59,963 bases of DNA from an uncultured Bacteroides sp. Lineage in GTDB: Bacteria; Bacteroidota; Bacteroidia; Bacteroidales; Muribaculaceae. Made by a program: the position numbers and the translations under genes. Under the pieces are notes generated by a model. That model searched no databases, had not been told where the DNA came from, and saw only the letters and a list, made by a program, of their open reading frames with translations. Positions 19,403 to 26,617 of the stretch are shown piece by piece. The number at the start of each line of letters is the position of its first letter. The stretch's first letter is position 1. The stretch is from NCBI GenBank assembly GCA_964606815.1, contig CAZSHV010000001.1, positions 9,909-69,871 on the forward strand. The letters are read 5' to 3'.

Positions 19403-19450
19403 AAAAAGGCTCCCGACACAGCGCTCAAATACGCTATATAGCCGAAAGCC
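19402..19450 (-). terminator. Hairpin with U-tract on the minus strand (terminator and/or small RNA)
   Basis: GGCTTTCGG...ATAGCG-TATTTGAG-CGCTGT...TCGGGAGCC followed by TTTTTT. Confidence 0.7.
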
Positions 19451-19510
19451 GTTGCAAATATGAAAATAATTACTCACATATGCAAATGAGAAAAGTGAAT
19501 TTAATTTATT

Positions 19511-19741
19511 TTAATAAAACTCACGCATTATCACACGCCATTCGTCATCCGTCTTGGTCCATCGCAGTCCGTTGGGGCCTGCAATGATGAATTGCGGGAA
19601 GCCGATAAAGCGGGGAGTGTCGTCCGCAAAGACTGGTTCGAATATACCGCAGCCGTTCATTTCGCCGAGGTACCGTACATCGTCGTATATCGACGATTTC
19701 GCCATTTCCGCCGCTCGATTTTGCGTCTTGCTATCATTCAT
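19511..19741 (-). CDS. Putative immunity protein 3
   Basis: 76 aa, convergent; 'YLGEMNG..IF...GFPQFII' resembles immunity 2. Confidence 0.75.
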   Translation of the reverse strand: MNDSKTQNRAAEMAKSSIYDDVRYLGEMNGCGIFEPVFADDTPRFIGFPQFIIAGPNGLRWTKTDDEWRVIMREFY

Positions 19742-19789
19742 GGGAATTTAATTTTTGTCACTATGCTACTGGCTTTTAAGCCTTTTGCG

Positions 19790-19820
19790 CAAAGGTAGCG
19801 AAATCCGCCGAGGTCGCAAA
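19790..19820 (-). promoter_or_regulatory. Promoter of immunity gene 3
   Basis: Minus strand TTTG-N19-TACCTTTG. Confidence 0.8.
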
Positions 19821-19837
19821 ACTTTTCTTGCTCGATT

Positions 19838-19977
19838 TACGTCGTGCCTGTGCTCAAGACAGAGGAGGAGGTTGACGCCGACATGCAGCGCATCCTCCGT
19901 GGGGAAGACCCGCTGCCGCCCTCGCAGAGCGAGAACGCCGTGGAGGACGTGCCCGATAACTTCGCCGACTGGGTGCG
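19838..19977 (+). repeat. MuF homology repeat, copy 4 (short)
   Basis: Direct copy of ~15118-15257. Confidence 0.92.
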
Positions 19978-20782
19978 AGCAAAATCAGCAAAAATAGAAA
20001 ACGCCAGTAGTTTACCGTTTTTTGTCCGTGACAATAAGGATAAAGTTAATCAAATCATAGATGAAAGCAGATACGACAAATTCATTGGCGAGGGTATAAT
20101 CTCTCACCTGAGGGGCTATCCCATAACAGATGAATTCCTGAGGTTAAAATCTCATGCCGCTGTCGCAGAGCTGCTTCAGCATAATCTCTCATCTTCGGGT
20201 ACTCCTGTGAAGGTGGAAGTCGATGCTCGTCTGATACCATTACGAGTTGCAAAAGCTTATGCTTCTACCTTGTCAGAGTTGAACAGAGAATATCTACTAT
20301 TACAAGCACCCCTTGGGGTGGTCAAGCTTGGATACAAACCTGAAGACCCTTTAGAATTTGGTTGTACTTATTTCAACCATGATACGAGAGAACCCAAAAT
20401 TGTAAGCTTAGTTCAATCGCGTGAAACCCGAAACTCAAAACATGCAATTCGTAGTTCACGATGTGATAAACGGAGAAATGGAATAGCAACGGCCACACAT
20501 GAGTTTGCTCACCTGCTATATTCTGTAAGGACGGCAGATGTCTCTATTTCCCCTTTTGAAACTGCTTTACTGGAAATTTGGAAACAATATGAAAATGATA
20601 TTGCTAAATCCATTGCAACAAACAACATTGATGAAATGGCTACATGGTATCTCGGAAATTATGCAAATAATACTGTTGATGAGTTTATGGCAGAGGCATT
20701 CCAAGAATACAAAAACTGCTCAAACCCAACAAAATACGCTACGGCTGTTGGTCTATTAGTTGACCGATTTTTTAAACGGTAA
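19838..20782 (+). CDS. Orphan MuF C-terminal cassette 4 with zincin metallopeptidase tip
   Basis: No ATG upstream of the repeat; 'ATHEFAHLL...YLGNYANNTVDEFMAEAF'. Confidence 0.8.
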   Translation, partial: YVVPVLKTEEEVDADMQRILRGEDPLPPSQSENAVEDVPDNFADWVRAKSAKIENASSLPFFVRDNKDKVNQIIDESRYDKFIGEGIISHLRGYPITDEFLRLKSHAAVAELLQHNLSSSGTPVKVEVDARLIPLRVAKAYASTLSELNREYLLLQAPLGVVKLGYKPEDPLEFGCTYFNHDTREPKIVSLVQSRETRNSKHAIRSSRCDKRRNGIATATHEFAHLLYSVRTADVSISPFETALLEIWKQYENDIAKSIATNNIDEMATWYLGNYANNTVDEFMAEAFQEYKNCSNPTKYATAVGLLVDRFFKR

Positions 20783-21025
20783 TCATATACGTCCTGTCCT
20801 TTTAAGAAATTCCTCGTACTCTCTAAAAGGGGTCATTACGTCTTCCGCTAAAGCCTTAAAAACGAAATCACCAGTTTGCCCCTCTACGACCGTCAAATGA
20901 GTTGTACACCTAAAGCCATATGGGATCCCGTCTGGGAAAGCTCTGCAACCACAGGTTAATCCGTCATAATTGTTCGTACAATAGTGCTCGCATTTGAAAC
21001 AAGGAGCGTTGTCTCCGTAATACAT
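20783..21025 (-). CDS. Putative immunity protein 4 (Cys-rich)
   Basis: 80 aa, abuts the toxin stop; 'CFKCEH...CRAFPDGIP...H...Q.GDFVF'. Confidence 0.75.
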   Translation of the reverse strand: MYYGDNAPCFKCEHYCTNNYDGLTCGCRAFPDGIPYGFRCTTHLTVVEGQTGDFVFKALAEDVMTPFREYEEFLKRTGRI

Positions 21026-21198
21026 ATCTCAACAAAAAAGGTTGGAAGTTGCAAATTGATTTGCCTCACATAATGGAAGAATATTCTTTTAGAATAATAT
21101 CCTAAAAAAGGCACGGGTAATCGCTCAAAAGCGTTCAGAGCAGGAATCGAGGTATTTATCGTTTCGGCTCAAGAGAGCGAACACGTGGCCTTTGCAGG

Positions 21199-21229
21199 CA
21201 AAGGTAGCAAAAACCGCTGAGGCGGCAAA
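21199..21229 (-). promoter_or_regulatory. Promoter of immunity gene 4
   Basis: Minus strand TTTG-N19-TACCTTTG. Confidence 0.8.
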
Positions 21230-21330
21230 ACGCCCCGCGGAGATTTATGCGAAGAATGCGCACGCATCTGATTTTTTCGGTAGTCACCGACGCTGCGAAC
21301 TACGGCGGTGTGATTTCGAAAAGAATTTTA

Positions 21331-21369
21331 TGATTATATTGTAAACACTAAATATTTTAGCTATCTTTG
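21331..21369 (+). promoter_or_regulatory. Operator copy 3 plus -7 box of the head operon promoter
   Basis: TGATTA-TATTG-TAAACA (21331-47) and TATCTTTG (21362-69). Confidence 0.6.
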
Positions 21370-21401
21370 CGCATGACTAACGAAAACACAATCTTACACA
21401 C

Positions 21402-22100
21402 ATGAAAGCGAAAACTTTAGCAGCCCTGAAAACCAAATTCACGGGGGTTCAGGACGCGATACTTGGCCGGGTCGCTGACAAGCTGATTGCCAACGGCAAG
21501 GTCGCCAAGGAGGCGGACGTCGCAACGGCTGTGGCCGGGGTGGAGTTCCAACAGGTTCTGGAGATGTACGGCGACAGCCGCGCGGGTGAGGCCTCCATCA
21601 CCGCCGTGCGCAACTACGAGACTGCGCACAAGCTCAAGGACGGCAAGCCCCTGCAGGAGGGCGTTGCCAAGCACACCGCCGATCCTGCCGCCAACGCCGC
21701 GGGCGGGGGCGAAGAACCCGAGAAAGCCCCCGCGTGGGCAGAGAAGCTCATTGCCGCCAACAAGGCTCTGACCGACCGACTGAACGCGCTGGAGAAGGGG
21801 CGCACCGCCGAGAGCCGCCGCTCGCGTCTGGAAGCCGTGATAGGCACTCTGCCGGAGCACCTGCGCAAGGCTTACGCCCGCACGCCGCTGGAGGCGCAGA
21901 CCGACGACGAGTTCACCGCCCTGCTGGCCGACGTCACCAACGAGGTGGCCGAAATCGAGAAGCAGAGCCGAGCCGCCGGGGCCGTAACCGGACGTCCGCT
22001 GGGAGCAGGCAAGACGGCGGGCGCGGCGCAGAGCGCGGGCAACACCGCCGAGGCCTCCGACGCGGAGGTGGAAGCCGTGGTGGCCAAGCTCAACATCTAA
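21402..22100 (+). CDS. Putative capsid scaffolding protein
   Basis: Ala-rich coiled coil upstream of the decoration and capsid genes. Confidence 0.65.
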   Translation: MKAKTLAALKTKFTGVQDAILGRVADKLIANGKVAKEADVATAVAGVEFQQVLEMYGDSRAGEASITAVRNYETAHKLKDGKPLQEGVAKHTADPAANAAGGGEEPEKAPAWAEKLIAANKALTDRLNALEKGRTAESRRSRLEAVIGTLPEHLRKAYARTPLEAQTDDEFTALLADVTNEVAEIEKQSRAAGAVTGRPLGAGKTAGAAQSAGNTAEASDAEVEAVVAKLNI

Positions 22101-22133
22101 CCCATTTCATTAACCATCAAAACCGATTGAAAA

Positions 22134-22526
22134 ATGACAACTGCAAACCTCAACCGTGAGAAAATCGAACTGAACGACGGTCTCGACGCCATCGTCGTGG
22201 TGCAGGCTGTGTCATGCCTGCCCGGCGGTCGCACTCTTGACGTGTCGGGCGTGGCCGATGACGTGACGGCCATCCGCAGCGGCCACGTGCTGGTGATGGA
22301 CACCGCCACAAAGGCCGTGTCGCCCCTTGGGATCGAGGACGGCGAGTACGTGGCCGTCCCCGAGGGCAAGAAGCCCGTGGGCGTGCTTAAGGCGAGCGTG
22401 CTGAAGCGCGACCCACGCGCCGCCATCGTCACCGCCGGCCAAATCAACGCCGCCGCCAGCCCCGCACCCGTGACGGAGGCCATCAAGGCCGCGCTGCCTC
22501 GCATCGAGTGGCTCTACGAGAAGTGA
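22134..22526 (+). CDS. Head decoration protein
   Basis: 130 aa beta-rich protein ('PGGRTLDV...IRSGHVL...GVL') directly before the capsid gene. Confidence 0.65.
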   Translation: MTTANLNREKIELNDGLDAIVVVQAVSCLPGGRTLDVSGVADDVTAIRSGHVLVMDTATKAVSPLGIEDGEYVAVPEGKKPVGVLKASVLKRDPRAAIVTAGQINAAASPAPVTEAIKAALPRIEWLYEK

Positions 22527-22572
22527 CCACCCGATGGCGAGTAATTATTAACCTCTCAAAAACGCAAACAGA

Positions 22573-23667
22573 ATGATTGCATCACTTTTCGCTGAATACG
22601 TTGACAAATACTTCTCCCGCGTCGTGGGCAAGATTGTGGAGAAGTTCAACGGCAAGCAGAAGGAGGAAACCCTCCTGCACAAGACCATGCTCACGGAGGA
22701 GTACTCGCCCGACCTCAAGTGGGGGTCGACCGAGCTCAACCACTCGGTGGTGTCCGCCGACGTGGTGGCCCTCGACTCGCCCCTGCCCCTGAAGAAGCGC
22801 GACCGCCTGAGCAACGCCACGGGCGACCTGCCCAAACTGGGCGTGAAGTACCGCAAGGGCGAGAAGCTCATCACCGACATCAACGTGGCCAAGGCCCGCA
22901 ACGCCGACGAGGCCACGATCGTGGCCAAAATCTTCGACGACGCCTCCAAATGCATCCGTTCGATGGACGTGCTCAAGGAGGTGCTCTTCCGCCGAGGCCT
23001 GTCCACCGGCCAGCTGCTGGTCACCGAGGACGACACCGACGGCACCGGCGTGCGCGTATCCTACGGCTACCGCGAAGACCACATCTTCAAGTGCGTGGGC
23101 GCGCCTTGGCTCGACACCGACGACGACCCCACCCCGCAGGACGACCTGCAGCAGCTCTTCGACAAAGCGCAGGAAGACGGCAACACCATCGCCCACGTCT
23201 ATCTGACCAAGCGTTATTTCGACGCCTTCCGCCGCTCCAAGCAGGGAAAGCTCCTGGCCGCCAACTACAACCGACAGGTGGTCACAGACGAGGCTCTGCT
23301 CCCCGTCCCAGGCCGCTCGGCGTTCCTCGACATCATCGCCGACGAGTACGGAGCCACGTTCCACATCGTGGAGGGCACGTTCAAGGTGCAGAACCCCGAC
23401 GGCACGGAGAAGAACGCCGAGGCATGGAAAGAGGCCAACGTGGTGGGCGTGCCGGACACCGTCGTGGGTCGCCTCGTCTACGGCACGCTGGCCGAGGAGA
23501 CCAACCCCGTGGCCGCTGTATCCTACCAGAAGGCGGGCTCGCACGTGCTAATCGCCAAATACTCCAAGACCGACCCCTTGGAGGAGTTCACCACCGCGCA
23601 GGCCATCTGCCTGCCCGTGATCGACAACGCCGACGGCATCTACGTGCTGCAGGCTGACATGGCTTAA
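22573..23667 (+). CDS. Major capsid protein
   Basis: 364 aa; 'ADVVALDSPLPLKKR...GDLPKLG'; C-terminal 'ICLPVIDN'; position in the operon. Confidence 0.8.
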   Translation: MIASLFAEYVDKYFSRVVGKIVEKFNGKQKEETLLHKTMLTEEYSPDLKWGSTELNHSVVSADVVALDSPLPLKKRDRLSNATGDLPKLGVKYRKGEKLITDINVAKARNADEATIVAKIFDDASKCIRSMDVLKEVLFRRGLSTGQLLVTEDDTDGTGVRVSYGYREDHIFKCVGAPWLDTDDDPTPQDDLQQLFDKAQEDGNTIAHVYLTKRYFDAFRRSKQGKLLAANYNRQVVTDEALLPVPGRSAFLDIIADEYGATFHIVEGTFKVQNPDGTEKNAEAWKEANVVGVPDTVVGRLVYGTLAEETNPVAAVSYQKAGSHVLIAKYSKTDPLEEFTTAQAICLPVIDNADGIYVLQADMA

Positions 23668-23670
23668 CCT

Positions 23671-24003
23671 ATGGCGAGAACCATCCTCGACGCGCTCAAA
23701 GGCATCAACGCCTACCCCGTGCCCCTCCACGCCCTCGAAGCGATAGCGGAGCGCAGGGGCGTGTGGCTGATGAGCGAGGCCGACGCGCGGATGCTGCGAA
23801 GCAAGGAGTTCAATCTTGCCAAGGCCGACGCGCTGCTATGGCTGTCGCTCGCGCCGAGCGTGGCGCAGGGCGGACAGTCGTATTCCTTCACCGAGGAGCA
23901 GCGCAGGCAGCTCAAAGCCGAGGCTCACGCCCTTTACGCTGCATACGAGGACGCCGACCGCAAACCGAAGCCCGTCTACGGCTACAAAGGCTCAAGGCTA
24001 TGA
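23671..24003 (+). CDS. Head-tail adaptor (DUF6706-like)
   Basis: Follows the capsid gene; 'LAKADALLWLSLAPSVAQGGQSYSF'. Confidence 0.6.
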   Translation: MARTILDALKGINAYPVPLHALEAIAERRGVWLMSEADARMLRSKEFNLAKADALLWLSLAPSVAQGGQSYSFTEEQRRQLKAEAHALYAAYEDADRKPKPVYGYKGSRL

Positions 24004-24329
24004 TTATCGTCAACGGCTACATCCAGGCAAAGGAAAAGGCTCTCACCGCCTCGGCCATCGACCCCGCCACGGGCTACCCCCGGAAGGCTGGCGCGGCGAA
24101 GTGGGGCGAGCCTATCCCATGCCAGTACTACGCCAACAGCTTCAACGCTTTGGCCAAGGCCATGGGCGAGCCGCGGACGCAGAGCTCCTACACAATCCTC
24201 ATCGAGGAGACGCTGCTGGGCTCAGAGCAGCTGCGCCTCTGCGATCTGGAGGGAAACGTCGTGGGTGAATTCTCCATAATCTCGGCCACGCCCTTGGACG
24301 CCGTCGGGCAAATCAAACTGCTCGTCTAA
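24000..24329 (+). CDS. Putative head closure protein
   Basis: ATGA-coupled; MIIVNGYIQ...IDPATGYP...WGEPIPCQY. Confidence 0.6.
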   Translation: MIIVNGYIQAKEKALTASAIDPATGYPRKAGAAKWGEPIPCQYYANSFNALAKAMGEPRTQSSYTILIEETLLGSEQLRLCDLEGNVVGEFSIISATPLDAVGQIKLLV

Positions 24330-24335
24330 CCAGCC

Positions 24336-24776
24336 ATGCCGATCACACAGACCACCCCGCCGCGGCAGATAGACCGCGCCGTCGCCGACTATCTCGCCAA
24401 CGTGCGCCGGGCTATCCTCTACAAGATGCATTACATAGGCGAGCGGTGCGTCATAGAGGCTCGCACGTCGGCCAACTTCACCGACCGCACCGGCAATCTG
24501 CGCTCGTCCATCGGCTATGTCGTGGTAATGGACGGAGAGGTACAGCACAAGGGGCGGTTCGAGGCTGTGAAGAACGGCTCGGCCGGAGCGGCGGAGGGCG
24601 CGAAATTCATTGCGCAGGTGGTGGCGGAGTTTCCCAAGGGCATAGTCCTGATCGTGGCCGCGGGCATGAAATACGCCGCCTATGTGGCCGCCAAGGGATA
24701 CAACGTCACCGACAGCGCGGAGCTGCTCGCCCAGAGGTTAGTGCCGCGGATTCTCACACAGTTAGGACTGAAATAA
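24336..24776 (+). CDS. Tail completion / neck protein (HK97 gp10-like)
   Basis: 'TDRTGNLRSSIGY...AGMKYAAYV'. Confidence 0.75.
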   Translation: MPITQTTPPRQIDRAVADYLANVRRAILYKMHYIGERCVIEARTSANFTDRTGNLRSSIGYVVVMDGEVQHKGRFEAVKNGSAGAAEGAKFIAQVVAEFPKGIVLIVAAGMKYAAYVAAKGYNVTDSAELLAQRLVPRILTQLGLK

Positions 24777-24786
24777 TCGACACGCC

Positions 24787-25206
24787 ATGGCCAAAACAGC
24801 GAAACAGGTTCAAACGGACGTCTACCGCCTGCTGCGGCAGAGCCCCGTCCGCTCGATGATATCGGGCGAGGTGTACCGCCACGGGATGCGCCCCAGGGAC
24901 AGCCGGAAGGAGGACGCCGTGGTCATCTTCACCGCCGGCCTGCCGGGCGAAATCCAGACCGGGGTGGTCACCATCAACATCTTCGTCCCCGACATCGACC
25001 CCTATGACAACGGCGTGCTCGTGGAGGACGGCGAGCGGGCGGCGCAGCTGGAGGCTCTTGCGCAGGCGTGGGTAGACTCGCTGCGATGCGGGCTGTCAAA
25101 CTATCGCTTCAGACTGCAGCAGACCATCTACACAGAGGCCGAGCCTGATATCAAACAGCACTTCGTGGTGGTCAAGCTCGCCTACCAATACTTCGGCGAG
25201 GACTGA
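24787..25206 (+). CDS. Putative tail terminator protein
   Basis: Size and position before the tail tube gene. Confidence 0.6.
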   Translation: MAKTAKQVQTDVYRLLRQSPVRSMISGEVYRHGMRPRDSRKEDAVVIFTAGLPGEIQTGVVTINIFVPDIDPYDNGVLVEDGERAAQLEALAQAWVDSLRCGLSNYRFRLQQTIYTEAEPDIKQHFVVVKLAYQYFGED

Positions 25207-25251
25207 CCGCCGGCAAACACTAATTCATTAACCCTCAAAAACTATAAGACA

Positions 25252-25716
25252 ATGGCAATTCTCTCATGGGGCAAACCCACTCTCGAGACCACTCCCAGCA
25301 TCGGCGGCGAGCCCGCGGCATCCGCGGATTGGAAACAGCTGCCCACGCCCAAGGAGGACTCCACGCAGCTCAACACCACCAAGGGGCAGGAAAAGAAAGC
25401 CACCGAGGAAGGCGGCGAGCTGGTGGACATCCGCTACGGCAAGAACGAGGCGGAGCTCACCTTCGAGCTCTTCGTAAAGAAGGGCGAGGAGCGTCCGTTC
25501 ACCGACTCCGACGGCCTCGTCGCCGGCGAACACGCCATCCGCCTCATCCCCGAGGACGAGGCGTGCGAAGGCCTGCTCATCGAGCGCGCCATCGTGTCGG
25601 CGGAGCAGACCTACACCTCCGCGGACGGCATCACGCTCAAGTACACGTTCAAGGCCGTGAAGCCCAAAGCGGGCAATCTGGTCAAACCCTACGTCAAGAA
25701 CCAGACCGGGGCGTAA
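25252..25716 (+). CDS. Major tail (tube) protein
   Basis: 'LSWGKP...TPKEDSTQLNTTKG'; position upstream of chaperone and tape measure genes. Confidence 0.7.
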   Translation: MAILSWGKPTLETTPSIGGEPAASADWKQLPTPKEDSTQLNTTKGQEKKATEEGGELVDIRYGKNEAELTFELFVKKGEERPFTDSDGLVAGEHAIRLIPEDEACEGLLIERAIVSAEQTYTSADGITLKYTFKAVKPKAGNLVKPYVKNQTGA

Positions 25717-25780
25717 GCACCGGTCGGAACGCCCGACAAGGCTCGCCGCGCGCGGGGGCGAGGAAATACCCGCGCTACAC

Positions 25781-25867
25781 AGGCGATTAGTTCTACGGCT
25801 GAACGCCAAGCCCGGCAGGCACTCGCCCGCGGCTTGGAGGAGCGGTGTTCGACTCCCGCATCGCCGC
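25781..25867 (+). ncRNA. tRNA-like RNA with an extended, non-canonical anticodon arm
   Basis: GGCGAT/ATCGCC acceptor stem, TA, D-stem GTTC/GAAC, CCAAGCC/GGCTTGG stem enclosing 18 nt, T-arm GCGG(T)G-TTCGACT-CCCGC. Confidence 0.6.
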
Positions 25868-25886
25868 CTAACCAAACAACACACCT

Positions 25887-26387
25887 ATGACTCAAACCAT
25901 AGAAGCCCGCGCGGCGCAGACCATACTCCAGACCCCCGTGGAGGTCAGCGTGGGCGGCAAGACCTACACGGCTGCCCCGCCCAGCGTGGCCACCATCATC
26001 CTCGCCTCGCAGTACACGGCCACGCTCCCCCGCATGGAGTTCAGCAAAGAGCGCGTGCTGGAGGACACGCTGCGCAACGCCAAGGACTGCGAGGGCGTGA
26101 GCGCGGTCGTGGCCACTCTGCTGCTGGGAGCGAAGCGCATCAACGCCGACATCGCCCGCCGCCGCCATTGGTGGCGCAGGCTGCTGCTGCCCCGCCTGCC
26201 TCTGCTGCAGCGCACCGCAAAAGAACTCGCCGAGGGCCTGACGCCCAAGGAGCTGCACCGGCTGGCGGGAGAGCTGCTGGCGGGCATGGAGGTCGCCGAT
26301 TTTTTCGGGCTTACCACTTTCCTGACCGAGATCAACATGACGAGGCCGACGAAAGTGGAAACCGAACAGACAGCGTCTGGGCAGTAG
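25887..26387 (+). CDS. Tail assembly chaperone (lambda gpG-like)
   Basis: Between tail tube and tape measure genes; an overlapping -1 frame ORF follows. Confidence 0.65.
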   Translation: MTQTIEARAAQTILQTPVEVSVGGKTYTAAPPSVATIILASQYTATLPRMEFSKERVLEDTLRNAKDCEGVSAVVATLLLGAKRINADIARRRHWWRRLLLPRLPLLQRTAKELAEGLTPKELHRLAGELLAGMEVADFFGLTTFLTEINMTRPTKVETEQTASGQ

Positions 26388-26605
26388 TGGCGGGGATGGT
26401 GAAGGCTCTGGGACTGACCGTCGACTACGTGCTGCACGAGATGAGCTACGCCAACCTCCACCTATACTCCGCCAGCCTCCCAACATATACCCCCAAAAAG
26501 AGGAATGACAAGCACCGGGGCAGCGACAGCGGCGATGACCGCGTAATAAAGGCCGACGACCCCCGCAACCGGCATCTGGTGCGCCAGGTGCTCGAAGAAC
26601 TATAA
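26300..26605 (+). CDS. Tail chaperone extension (gpT-like), probably reached by -1 frameshift
   Basis: -1 frame is open across the end of the chaperone gene ('DSVWAVVAGMVKALGLTVDYVLHEMSYANL'); in-frame T TTT TTC at 26300-26306. Confidence 0.55.
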   Translation, partial: FFRAYHFPDRDQHDEADESGNRTDSVWAVVAGMVKALGLTVDYVLHEMSYANLHLYSASLPTYTPKKRNDKHRGSDSGDDRVIKADDPRNRHLVRQVLEEL

Positions 26606-26617
26606 GATACAACTGCA

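Noticed and set aside
14963-19977. Diversity-generating retroelement (TR/VR pair) as the explanation for the MuF repeats
   Set aside because: No reverse transcriptase in the window; differences are mostly synonymous and not adenine-specific; each repeat is fused to a different long domain.
14275-21229. Shufflon (invertible cassette) mechanism
   Set aside because: All homology repeats and tips are in direct orientation, with no adjacent invertase or short inverted crossover sites.
25781-25867. Functional decoding tRNA
   Set aside because: No 7-nt anticodon loop, a bulged T-stem and a mismatched first acceptor pair; kept only as a tRNA-like ncRNA.
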